From Octopus sinensis (Eukaryota), in contig NC_042997.1 of NCBI RefSeq assembly GCF_006345805.1, positions 160,456,001-160,520,000 of the forward strand: DNA of 64,000 nucleotides. Direction: 5' to 3'. Numbering within the stretch: position 1 is the first letter of the stretch; each line of letters begins with the position of its first letter. Both the position numbers and the translations under genes were made by a program. A model generated the notes under the pieces. That model did not search any database. It was not told where the DNA came from and saw nothing but the letters and a program-made list of their open reading frames with translations. Positions 51,227 through 64,000 of this stretch are shown here, in pieces.

Positions 51227-53644
51227 ATGTAACGTATGTGCTCGGGTAATAGTCGATTTCATGTAAAATGCGACCCCTTATTTTGGCACAAAACTTGAGA
51301 ATTTTCCATAGATCCCGTATAAAAGTCGACACTAGTATTTCACGAAGAACAGGACAACATTTGTAGGTTAAGGCACCGTATTGTCCTATAAATAGAAATA
51401 ACACTGTTACACATTTGTGTGGCTGCATTAGCCTGCTCTATACGTGGGATGCTTGGTGCTTATAGCAAAACACCATTTAATAGCGAGCACTTCATATTTG
51501 CTGATTGGTGCCACAATGTATGCAGAGGATATGCTGGAAGCCTGCACACATCTTCATGGCCAATAAACACATGCGTCATACACTCGTTGTTTGCATGGTG
51601 AGAAACGTGTTTCACAAACAGCACTATTGGCGAACACTAGCAAACGCCTCTATCAGAATTCGTGCAAAGGTATGATTTTTCGTAAGCATAAAAGTATTCA
51701 ATTAATCGCTAGATCAGCGAAATGGCAACTGATCGTGAGCATGGATACGATAGCCCCTAGGCCGAAATGTATTAACGTTAAATTAATACTGTAAGTTTCA
51801 CATTGATCTATTTTTTAATTACATCTCTTGTTTCAAGGCATAATATAATTTGTACCGGTACTCCTTTCTGCTTTAACGCAGGATTCAATTTGCCGTGCAG
51901 TTTAGGTACTTGAAAATCGTCAAAGTGTGTTGATCGTGAAGCCACCTTAATTCATGCTCGAAAGGAATAAAAATAGGATGGAATTTCAAATTTTAAAGCG
52001 AATGTTGGATGGTGAGATGTTATGGCATAGTATAACAGCTGAGAACTAAGATCGCACAAAAACTGCGTGCTGATCTAAATGATAAGATAATAGAGTTTCA
52101 TAGGTTTGTAATCAGAAATCAGTTGAAAGAGTGTATGCATTATCATGTATTGGGAACATGGACGAAACGCTTGTTACTCTTGACATGTCAGAGAATCGAA
52201 CTGCGAATCAAAGAGGAGATAAAGCAGTATTCATGATAACCACTGGCCACGAGAAAAGGTTACTTTAGTTCTTTCATGTATGGCTAATGGTAATAAATTA
52301 AAACCGATGGTTGTTTTTAAGAGAAAAACTGTGCCGAATGAGATATTTACAAAAAGAATTATCATCCATGTGCATCCACAAGGATGGATAGAAGATGAGG
52401 GTCGTTGTAGAAAATGGATTAAAGATGTTTGGAATTTACGACCTGTGGAATGCATTGGATGGTACAGAAGACGATTGTCTATGGGATGACAAGTATAACG
52501 AAGTGGATGATGCGCTACCTCTAAATATGGAGAGCGAAGATGATGATGAAGAGAATCCTTACGTTGATGCCATTCATCCTCATGATTAGGAAGCTTTATT
52601 CAGTGCTGAAGATGATAAACTGTGTTAAATAAATTGGTAGTGTAGTCTCTAATCTAGCCACGAAAAAGAAAACGTTTTCGGTGGAAACTCGCTGGTGGAA
52701 AGTGATATTGTGCTTCTACTTCTTTTATCAGTTCTGGTATTTAATACATTAAATTGCATTTAGATTATTCGAAATAAAGATGCACCACTAATATACTGTA
52801 CTTGTGATGTGTGTGACTTTAACCATGAATATGAAAATAGTATAATTTATTGAAGAGGTATGAAGTGAAACACGCCGAGTAGATATCAGCTGTATGCACC
52901 GTATTACGGTAAGTAGTGACATGCCCAGTACCGGTGATAATATAACATAATTATGAGATATAAATTGATTTCACTCTGCTAGTCTGTTAAGTTTGATTGA
53001 TACAAATAAAAGAGTTAGCGCAAATATTTATAAAAGCTACGCGGTCTTGTTTATGGGTTTTGTTACTTACTAGGATGTGGGATGTGATGCATAAAATTAA
53101 TATTACTGTAATTCATCGTGTTTTTGTTTTTATTCGCTTAGAGATCATGTAGGATTCTGCTTCTGATACGGTACTTGGGATTCTAGCTTGAATTCCAGCC
53201 CCTCAAAAGTAGTGTTCATGTAATAGACGACCTCATAAACTTGACCTTAAAAGATTGTTTAAAATATTCGACTTTCCCACGAGTATATACGGTATTCCTT
53301 CTCAGTCAATCACATCATTCGAAAAGCAAATCTTCACGTAATTACTTTCCCAGTGTTTTTATTCCAAATAGGCTTGGACAGTAATGTAGCTTGTAGAGAA
53401 TATTATGGGACTCGTGTTCCACATCCTGTTACCGTTATTCCAGAAGCTGACAGATTAATTCAGATGTAATATATCCGATCAGAAATAGAGTTCTTTTCTC
53501 TTTGTATGACATATTCTGAATGTGTTATGATTATATGCAGTGTTTCCAACGATGTATGTATCGTTCGTAAAATCAAGCTATTACCTGTTGCTTCATCATT
53601 CATTGACATTCCTGCAAACAATGTGTATTCCATGCTACAAGCTC
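51227..53644 (+). pseudogene. Paralog 2 of the PAN-CTLD gene, exon 1 pseudogene
   Basis: ATG at 51227 is separated from the rest (53293-53644: YSFSVNHIIRKANLHVITFPV..ACREYYGT..IPEAD) by a transposon. Premature TAA at 53467, a PAN Cys is replaced by Phe, and the donor is mutated GT>TT at 53645. Confidence 0.9.
51232..53292 (+). mobile_element. pogo/Tc2-type DNA transposon, decayed
   Basis: Imperfect 25-bp TIRs acgtatgtgctcgggtaatagtcga / tcgactttcccacgagtatatacgg and a TA TSD. DDE_1-like remnants GNMDET, TTGHEK and ANGNKLKPMVVFK..GW. Confidence 0.85.
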
Positions 53645-55837
53645 TTGAGTAGTATTCTTTTCAAGGGAATGTATTCCATATATTGCTACTGTGTTAGCCA
53701 TTGTTACACCCTGTTCTAGAAAACCTATATTCAAAGGCGTTCGAGCTGATTCCGTAGTATAAAGTGTCCTTAGTGAAGACGATATCCGTTGTTTGAGGGA
53801 AATTTGACTTTTATTTCCAGCAGGACACATGACTACGTAAACGTCCTCACATTGGATCATATTGCATATATTGTTGAAGAATAACTATTCTAAAAGTCAT
53901 TTAAGCTGTAATCATCTTAGTTTAAACTAATGAATCTTGGTCTTATAAGTAATCCAGTCTTTTTGATTTTATCTAAAGCAGTAAGACGTTTATTTGAAGG
54001 CCATTTGGCTGTTAATTCTAAGATATCTTGCAACCACATAGACGCTACCTTTTTGTTCTTATTGTGCAAGTGTGTTTTGTAGAGGATAGAGCTTTCGTTG
54101 TATATTTAGTTATATATTTAATATACACGTGTGTTTCGATAGTTTTATCATATCAGATCACATGTATGGATAGATAAGATATGTCCTCTGGTGATATAAA
54201 AATATTACACAGTATCATCAAATATCACAAAAATTATTTGTTCCAGAAGGCGTCTCACTAACCAACGTATTAAATCGTGGTCTCTCACATTATGCCTATT
54301 CGAAAAGATTCTAGGGTTGTACAAAATAATGTGTCTTTAAATAAAATTTAATAAAAGTATGTAAGAATTGCTATTCATAATTGTTCAAATAGCATGTTAT
54401 TACAAATTTTGTATTGGAATGAGATACTGCTCCAAAGTAATTTTTGCTTCATTCTATGTTTTAATAACTGAAGAGTGGTAACAACGGTTTTCCGTAGAAT
54501 ATAGGTATGATGCATACGATCTTTTGAAAATATCGTATAAAGCTTCCACGGCAAAATAAGTTTGAGGACCATTGTATGAGATACCTTCCATGGCTCCTTG
54601 TAAAACAACTATAATAGCATCTGTAATCAAAGCTCTGAACGCCTATACATACGAAGCATTTTGTAATTGTTGATTTGAGAAAAGTTGCGTATTGCTTGCC
54701 TTTTATCCTTTAAGTTTTCCTTATTTGTAGAGCTCCCATGATCGCAGCTGCGCAGTAATATAACTATGGTTTTGACATTTCTTTCCATATATTACTTTCA
54801 GAATGTTTTACGTTGCTCCTAAAATTATATGACGTTGTTGTTGCTGTTGGGGATGAGATTCACTTTGATCGAGACATTTCCGCGTAATTATCTCGTCTAG
54901 TTTACAGTTCTCTAATAAACATATTATTTAATGAGTTCCTTGCCTAACATGAGGGTGTGATTTCAGGGCGTTTTGACTGATCCTTGAAAAAGATCAAACG
55001 GCAAGAGAGAAATTTCACACCAGTGTGTTTCCGCAAATTTTATGATTAATAACTTCTCACTTAATCTTTTTGTTTAGCCCTATGCTATGGTAGGAAACAC
55101 ACTTTAGCTCATCATACAGTGAGATTGAACCTGGAACAACGTGGTTACTAAGTTGACGTCTTTACACAGCATGATTGCACTCCATTATGATTCTATTCTA
55201 ATCAATGTAGATAGCATAGTGTTCCTACATAACTACATAATTTGGTCACTTATTATAATATTTTTGTTGTTTGTCTCTTCAACCTTCATGCATAGTCATC
55301 TCACATAGTTTCGTTCTACTTTCCATTTTCATCACAAACGTTCACACACGTTTACTAGATTTCTTTAATGAAATACCTTTTCTGCTATTGTATCTTGAAA
55401 TTCGTGGAAATCGAGAATAGTTATGATTTAATATTTAATATTTCGGTTGATTGATTATTCAAATGTTGTCCCACAGTCTTCTGAATACTTTTCATCTTTC
55501 ATTTTTATGTCTCTTATAATTTGTTTTCTTTGAATTAATTTTTTTTCATTTAGCAACACATTTTTTTTTTTTAAATTGTAGCAACAATAAGAAGCACGAA
55601 TTCTGAGCTGCATCTATTATTATATGGGCTCACATTACAAGATATGAAGAAAGCGAGAGCAACAGAGAGAGAGAGAGAGAGATGAGGAGAAAAAACGGCA
55701 GGGAGAGAGAGAGAGAGAGAGAGAGATATAGCGGCACGGACACAGAGAAAAGGAGTGAAGGAAATACAGAAGAGGGGTTGGAGGGAGGTGCGGAGAGAGC
55801 GAAAGAAATAGGGGGAGACAAGCTGAATAAGAAAGAG

Positions 55838-55873
<36 letters not shown>

Positions 55874-56006
55874 TATTATATATATATACATATATCTATA
55901 TATATATTATATATATATATTATTTATATATATACATATATCTATATATATATAATATAATATATATACATATAAAATTTAAAGGACTGACCACTAAAGT
56001 GGACGG

Positions 56007-56106
56007 NNNNNNNNNNNNNNNNNNNNNNNNNNNNNNNNNNNNNNNNNNNNNNNNNNNNNNNNNNNNNNNNNNNNNNNNNNNNNNNNNNNNNNNNNNNNNN
56101 NNNNNN
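56007..56106. other. Assembly gap (100 N)
   Basis: Run of N. True size unknown. Confidence 0.99.
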
Positions 56107-56107
56107 A

Positions 56108-58530
56108 CTGGAGGCACCTGGGCATGACAAGATCCCCATCTCCCCAACTTCTGGTTGAAATATTTAACAGGAATGCACAAAAAGCTGGCTGAAAACTTTA
56201 ACAACATGCTAGCTGAGCCAGAGACAATGCCTGAATGGCTCACGAAGGGGAAAACCATCTTAATTCCCAAATTAAATGAGACAGCAAAACCAGAAAACTA
56301 CAGACCAATAACCTGTCTCCTTACAATGTTGAAGGCATTTACTGCAGTGATATCGCAAAGGTTGAACAAGCACCTGGACGAAAACAAACTGTTCCCAGAA
56401 GAGCAGAAAGGATGCCGCAAAGGCTCATATGGCTGTAAAGATCAACTAATGATTAATAAAGCCATAACTGAAGACAGCCACAGAAAGAAGAAAGGCCTCA
56501 GTATGGCCTGGATCGACTACAAAAAGGCGTTTGATAGCATCCCCCACACATGGATCCTCGAAACACTAGCCATTAACAAAGTAGCACCAACAATCATATA
56601 ATTCATAGGGCACTATGAATAAATGGCAAACAGTGCTACAGCTCCAAACAAAAGAGAGACTCATGAAAACCAAAGACATCCCCATTAGAAGAGGAATATT
56701 CCAAGGAGACACGCTCTCTCCACTCCTTTTCTGCTTGGCACTGTCACCCCTATATGATTTGCTAAATAGAACTGGATGCGGATATAAATGTTACGGCAAA
56801 ACGATCAGCCACCTTTATATATGGATGACCTAAAACTATACGCTGCAAATGACAACAGCTGGAAACACTATTAAAGACTGTTCATGGATTTACCAAAGAA
56901 ATAGATATGAAATTTGGATTAGAAAAATGCGCCAAAGTAACCCTGAAAAGAGGAAAACTAGTGAAGAGTAGCAGCATCACACTAGATAAAACCAATGAAA
57001 TAAAAGATTAGACCAAAGCCAAACTTACAAATACTTAGGAATCCATGAACTAGATAAGACACAACACACACAATGAAAGAGAAAATAAAAAAGAATATAG
57101 ACGAGTTAGATCAATACTAAAACAGAGCTCAATGCTAAAAACAAGATAATAGGTATCAACACTTTAGCTGTCCCAGTTATAAGTTACAGCTACAATATCC
57201 TTAACTGGACACTAAATGAACTGTCCAAAATAGATAGGAAAACAAGAAAAATAATGGCAGGATCTAGGATGCATCACCCAAAATCTGACATAGAAAGACT
57301 ATACATACAAGGTATAGAATGTGATAGAGGCCTCATACAGCTGGAAAACTACTATAAAATAACCACCATAGGACTGCAAAAATATCTACTTCAGAAGGAA
57401 GGAAAACTGATACAAATAGCGGCAAAACACGAGCAAAACAAAAAATTGTTGTCAGTATTTAAAGAAGCTGACAAATAAAAACAAGAAATCATACCACCTA
57501 ATAAATATGAAGAAGAAGAAGAAGAAGAAGAAGAAGAAGAAGAAGAAGAAGAAGAAGAAGAAGATGAAGAAACACAAAAGCTATAAAACGAATGAAATCC
57601 AAACTAAAAATAGAACAGCAACGAACCATGATAAACGACGATGGCAAGAAAAGCGCCTTCATGGTAAATACTGGACTAAACTAAACGCAAAGAAATAGAC
57701 AAAGAAAATCCCAGCAATGGTTGAGAAGCTCAGGACTCAAAGCAGAAACAGAGGGATTTTTAATTGCAGCAAAGACCAAAGCCTCCCCACCAGAAATTAC
57801 CCAAACATGTAATGAAAAGAAATATAACAAGTAACTGCAGAATATGTGGAGATGGACAGAAACAATAAATCATATTATCTCTAGCTGTCCAGTCCTGGCT
57901 AAGAAGGAATATATTCACAGACATGACAGAGTTGGAACCTACATACATGTTATGGAATCAACAGAAGAAAGATGGTATAGGCACACACCAGAAAAGGTCA
58001 CAGAAAACGAGAAAGCGCCATACTCTGGGATATGCGATACACACAGATAGAGAAATTAAGGCCAACATACCAGATATAGTTGTCAAGATCATGAAGAAAA
58101 ATGCTTTCTTCTATTGATGTATCAATACCGGCTGATGACAACGTGTCTCTAAAAGAAATGGAGAAACTCTCAAAATACAAAGACCTGGAAATAGAGGTAG
58201 CCAGAATGTGAAATCTAAGACAGAAACAATTCCTATCATAGTAGGTGCATTAGGCATGATAAAAAAATATTCAGACAAATACATAACAAAAACACCAGGA
58301 CTTACAAACACATATATAACATACAGAAAATTGCACTACTAGGCACTGCACACATCCTACGCAGAACACTTTCCATACAATAAAATAACCATCAGAGCAT
58401 CACAACAATCACAGCACATACCCAAGGCACACAGAGCTGCGCTCGGTAGTAAAGTGATAGCACGCTATAAAAAAAAAAATTACTGAATAATAATGATAAT
58501 AACGATAATATAATAATAATAATAATAATA

Positions 58531-58583
<53 letters not shown>

Positions 58584-59560
58584 TAGGGTTTCTTCATAGC
58601 CAACGAGAGAGAAGAAACCCTATTCCATATGGAATTACATGGTAAGTTCCACCGTGAAACCAACAAATTAAAAGACCAGGAAGCATCATAGAGGTGACTT
58701 AACAAGGATGACCTAAAAAGGATAGTAAAAGCCTAATCATCGCTACCCACTACCAGGCATTAAATACCAATTCAACGAAAAATAACATATAACAAACAAG
58801 CGCATCGGACCTTTGCAGCATTGTGGGAAGAGGGTCGAAAATGGGACACATTTTTAGTATTTGTGAAAGACTTGTCCAGGAAGGGTACTAGCGCATTGAC
58901 ACTACAAAGTAGCCCCAAACCTCCACTGGCTACTATGCCGTAAGTATGGATATGAGGTTACTGAGTTCAAGGGTGCTTCATACCAACATACACCGGAAAA
59001 AGCAATGGACGAAAAAAGGGAAGGCAAATCTCCACTGGGACTTCGATTTCCATATAGGCAATGTGTTAGCGCAGCGAAGGCTAGATAGAGTAACATTTAG
59101 GAGGGACAACCAAGAGTGTCTAATAATCGACGTAGCAGTGCCAGGAGTTCAACGTATCATGAAAGAAAGAGTGCCAGGAGTTCAACGTATCATGAAAGAA
59201 AGAGAAACAGTAGATAAATATGGCGACCTGAAAACTGAGATACGAACATAAAGGTTATCCCTAATAGCATTAGGTTCAATAGCATTAGGTTCAATACCAT
59301 CTAGGTTCAATAGCATTAGGTTCAATAGCATTAGGTTCAATACCATCTAATCTGAAAAAAACATCTGAAAACTTTAGAGATACCCTACAATCTAGATGTA
59401 TTGCTAAAGTCGGCACTATTTGGAACTTCATGCATATTGCGTGAAGTACTGTCTGCCTGAGGCCCTTGTTGTAAATTGACGGATCGTGCAAACTCCCCAG
59501 TAGACACAATATCGTCAATCAACCACCTCACGATATGTTATAAAATATACCGTTCGACAT

Positions 59561-59635
<75 letters not shown>

Positions 59636-60068
59636 TCTAGATAAAATTCAGCAGTGATTAAGAGGAAATGGGAAAAATGGGAAAAAGACCGACCGAGAAA
59701 AATTAGAGAAGAAATATAAAATACGGAAGTTCAGGTTTGATGCAGTAATAGAGCAGTTAAAACAGAGGTTCATGGCAAAAAGCCAGAAAACCAGAAGACT
59801 TGTGAACAGAAATAAGCAGTTCGAGAACAGATTGTTCAAGTATGACCCGAACGTTAGAAGGAGACAATAAGGAATATGTTGCTCCTGATGGAAATAAAAT
59901 CAAGGAGTTCTGGAGCGGATTATGGGGAAACAATATGGCACATAAATGGGGTGCAATGTGTGTAGGAACTATCAAGATAGAATTACAAGTAGGAAAGAAA
60001 TAAGGGAATATTATCATAAGTACAGGCGATGTGAAAAAACAAGTGGGTGTGCCTAACTGGAAAATGTG
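56108..60068 (+). repeat. Segmental duplicate of ~42140-46385 (family A LINE 3' part plus downstream LINE stack)
   Basis: Homology runs through the LINE end, the (TAA)n tracts and the flanking fragments. Shared lesions include CLLT, KRLHG, ANIP and the TGA in gccagaatgTGA. Confidence 0.9.
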
Positions 60069-60239
60069 CCTCACTCCTGGATGATAAAACAATCACGCTT
60101 TTTCAAAGTACCAGGTGCTATATTGAATGCCATTGAACAACTGACCAAACCATGCTTCACACAGTTATCACCAGTAACTAGTAAAGCAACACCTATGGTT
60201 ACAAACATAATTAAACAACCAGCAGGCATATTTTAGAAT

Positions 60240-60770
60240 CATAGTTTATCTGTAAAGTTGTTTGGACAGGCAGTGAATCCCTTGTCAGCCCTGTTAACAA
60301 AATGCCAACGCTATATGCTAGAATATATAGAAAAGAATAAAATGGATGTCACTCATACCTATGTTGATGATGGCCTAAAGTTACGTTCTGCTAATATGAT
60401 GAATATCAATAGACAGTTCGAAATAATTACAACATTCTCACGAGATGCAGGAATGGAGTTTGGGCAAGGTAAATTTTCATGCATGATAGTCAGCCGAAGA
60501 AAGATTGCCGATCAGACAGAAAATATACATAAACGGCTTGTCTATCGCTCCTGTCCCTCATGATGCAAACTACAAGTATCCACGAGATTGTTGCATGCGT
60601 CGGTGCTCTGACCATTGCTAGAATAATAAATGAATACTTCTGTGGAGACCTGAAAATATGGAAATCAGAGCTATAAGCATTTAACAAGACTATATCTCAG
60701 AATGTTTTTGCAGCGCCAGCGCTGATACCGACGTACCAAATCGAGCAGATAATTACAAACATGGGAAAGT
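60240..60770 (+). mobile_element. Decayed RLE-LINE RT fragment
   Basis: SLSVKLF..VNPLS..VTHTYVDDGLKL..FSRDAGMEFG. Confidence 0.6.
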
Positions 60771-61568
60771 CTTAACTCAAAATATCTAGTCGTTTTGTTA
60801 GCGACCGGCTTGAACTGTCTTAAGAAGAGATGAAATAAAACTCAAAGAAAATTCCATATACACATACATAAGTTACGAGAGGTATTTGTATCAAGAAGAC
60901 CCAAGATGTCAGGTAAGTTTGTGTAAGTGCTACAAGAGGACCGTAGTTAGACTCTCGGTTCGATAATAGTACACGTGAGGAGCCCAATGCGGGTCTTGTG
61001 TGAGCATGTATATGTTCAATAAAATGAAACAACAAAACCAAGGCTGCGTGGAATTTATAGGACATTTATAAAGAGAAAGGTAGTTTTACATAGTATCCTC
61101 TTATAATAACAAGACATGAACTCCTGTCGGAATCTACATACCATGACACGAATCATCACTACCCATTGTACACAGCACTTCCTCCTTGAATAATGGAACT
61201 GCAACTAACTGTAACATCCAACATATATTTTTACTTTTATTTTTATTCTGTTATTTCCCTTTATTATACCTATATCCATCCTTTTCCAAATAACGCCTGA
61301 TATTGAACTCTACTATTTCCTTCTAGTTAACTTTCTCTTATCGTCTGTGATGAAGGGGATATCCCTAATATTCCCAAAACAGCAGTAAGACTACCTTCCT
61401 CTTTATAAATGACCTATAATTTCACACAGCTTTCGGTTGTTGTCTCATTTCATTTAATATATATACATTCACACATGCACACGCACACACACACCACACT
61501 GCACACGCATTCAATAATTGAAAAGAAGTTTTACTGTTGATCTTCAGCAAGCAAATACATATCAAATA

Positions 61569-61616
<48 letters not shown>

Positions 61617-62071
61617 GCATATGTAAGAGTATATTATATATTTTTTTGCGCATTTGCGTTTAAGTAACAACATAAAATTTAATTCTTACGATCATTCCTC
61701 TACAACTGCAGGTATAAACTTGTCTGTCTGTATATTTCTCTATACACACACCCAATCACATGCACTCACACACGGACACACGTACAAACATACACCAACA
61801 CGCTCGTACGCACGCGCGTGCATACACACACACCCACACACGTTTAATTACAAAATATTTCCTAGCATTGGCAGAAATTCATAGTTAGAGTGTCTCGTGG
61901 TTCAGTTTCTTTCCAGAGGCATTTTCACCTTGTTTAAAAAAAATAAAAACAATGCAAAACTGAAACGCAACGAAATATATGTAACAAGAGAAGTTGTGTA
62001 TGTGATGTGGTAATTAATTTTTCACTTGTAAACTGTCTGAAGTCCTATTTATCACAATATAATACAGAAAT

Positions 62072-62430
62072 ATGTATTGGTTATCAGTTAATCACGTCAT
62101 TCGAAAAGTGAATCTTCACGTAATTACTTTCCCAGTGCTATTATTCCAAATATGCTTGGGCAGTAATGCTGCATGCCGAGAATATTATGGGACCCGTATT
62201 CACCCTTCTGTAACTGACATTCCAGAAGCTGACAAGCTGAATAAGATGTCAAACATCCGATCAAAAATTGACTGCTTTTCGCACTGTATGGCGTATTCCA
62301 AATGTGGTATGATTATTTACAGCGTTTCCGAGAAAGTATGTATCCTACGTAAAATCAAGCAATTACCTAATGCCTCATCATTCATCGACATTCCTCCAAA
62401 CAGCATTTACCACACCATGCCTACAATCTC
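62072..62430 (+). CDS. Paralog 3 of the PAN-CTLD gene, exon 1 (donor phase shifted by a +4 nt indel)
   Basis: Closely similar to 470-824. GTGAGT donor at 62431, but the exon is 359 nt (phase 2). Downstream exons would lie outside the window. Confidence 0.7.
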
Positions 62431-62455
62431 GTGAGTAGTTTTTCTTTTCATATTA

Positions 62456-62690
62456 CAATAACCCCCCCTCCTCGACATATCGCAGTTCGTCTATCGCGGT
62501 TTACTATTTAAGCTTACATCGATTCCTCCGTGCTATTGTTTTGCATTGATAATAAATAAATGTAATACAAATTAAAAATATTTTTTTAAAAAATAACAGT
62601 ACAGTACTGTTTCTACTTCACGGATTTTTCATTCACTTACCGGACGTAGTGTTTTGAAATGTAACACCCGCGATAGACGAAGGATTACTG
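62456..62690. mobile_element. Tigger/pogo-like MITE at the same position as 849-1072
   Basis: Same sequence and same intron position as in paralog 1. Confidence 0.75.
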
Positions 62691-62931
62691 TATTACTTTT
62701 TATTTCACTTACTGTTATAATGTTTATACCCTGTTATTTTCTTATTGAAGACGATATTTGTGATCTGAGACAAATGTTACTCCTGTTTCTAGTAGGTCAA
62801 CGATGGATTGTGTTACGCATATTGTTCAAAAATAATTTTTGTTATTTTCATTTAAGCTTAATATATCGTCTGAACGTAATTTATAATGTATCTAGAGTCT
62901 AGATACATATAAATTATATATATATATATAT

Positions 62932-62992
<61 letters not shown>

Positions 62993-63330
62993 TTAATATA
63001 TATATAAATGCATTCAGATCATAAAGCGTTTTTTGCGATTGCATGAATTCGATTTTAATTATTATCTCATTTTTATTGTTAAAGTGAAAGTATCTGACAT
63101 AAAATAGAGAAATGTTTTTTTTCACATTTAACACGTAATACTGAAATAGTGGAGAAGATATGCTATTGCTATGGGCTCGCCCTAGGAAAGAAGTTGAACA
63201 TTTCTTTTGCCCGTGAAACTACATGGACCCTAAGTAAAGCAGTTGTAAAATTTGAATGAAATTGGTTGTGTAGTTTCTCAAGTTTTAGGGAACACACAGA
63301 GAGACAGACAAACAACACACATTCCTCAGT

Positions 63331-63364
<34 letters not shown>

Positions 63365-64000
63365 ATTCTATATATATATATATTTTATTATATATATATA
63401 CCATCACTATGATCCTTCGTTGACGGGTCATAGTGCTAGTGCATGTATAAAGCGTACATATTACATGTACATCTTTATATACCATCTACAATAAATTCAA
63501 ATACAAAGTTTATATCTTGATATCGCTAGTGATAACAATACTCAAAATATATAACAGACTGGAATTGTAGCCCGTCTCTTTCAATTTCGATCAATTGTAT
63601 CTTGTCCTCATTCTCGTATAGAAGTGTGGCTACAATTCAGCCTACCTCTACCTTTTTTTTTTTGGGGGGGGTATTTAAAATTTTTTTCCGGGACGTCCTA
63701 TGTCCTAGATATAAAGGTAAAATAAAATATTTCCACTTTGCAAGTTTCGAGTCGAGTACTCCCTTGCACCGCTCCGTTGACTCGAACCTTGCTTCTATTG
63801 TGGAGAATTTACCGCCTTCTGGTTAGATATCTTTCATAGTCGCACCAAGAACCGAGACTTTTCGATTGTGCTTCCTCCAGTGTTCAAATCTTTTATCTCG
63901 ACATTGTATACTTTATAGACAATAGTCTTTAATTTAATTTTTATATTTCGTTGGTGGTTTTAAATCTAGATTCACCGTCTTTGTCGGTGATCAATCCAAA

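Noticed and set aside
53645-56006. CTLD exons for paralog 2
   Set aside because: None was seen before the gap. They may be lost or unassembled.
59263-59349. CRISPR-like array
   Set aside because: The units are contiguous with no unique spacers, they derive from a LINE, and the context is eukaryotic.

Overview
This is repeat-rich, AT-rich animal genomic DNA, most likely from an octopus. That assignment is inferred from a tRNA-headed SINE resembling the abundant Octopus SINE and from the microsatellite and LINE landscape. The only host gene is a three-exon + strand gene (470-824, 20222-20395, 30565-30803; both introns phase 1; 255 aa) encoding signal peptide, PAN/Apple domain and C-type lectin domain. 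It belongs to a tandem cluster: a pseudogene at 51227-53644 is split by a pogo/Tc2-type transposon in codon 2, and a third copy begins at 62072. The rest is transposon-derived. It includes two stacks of (TAA)n-targeting R4/Dong-type RLE LINEs, a CR1-type LINE whose ORF1 appears to combine a Myb/SANT-like domain with tandem CCCH zinc fingers, Penelope-like remnants with hammerhead ribozyme motifs, Helitrons, mariner/hAT/Tigger elements and SINEs. A 100-N gap at 56007-56106 precedes a ~4 kb segmental duplicate. Most short ORFs in the track are microsatellite or antisense artefacts. All calls were made by eye with no database search.
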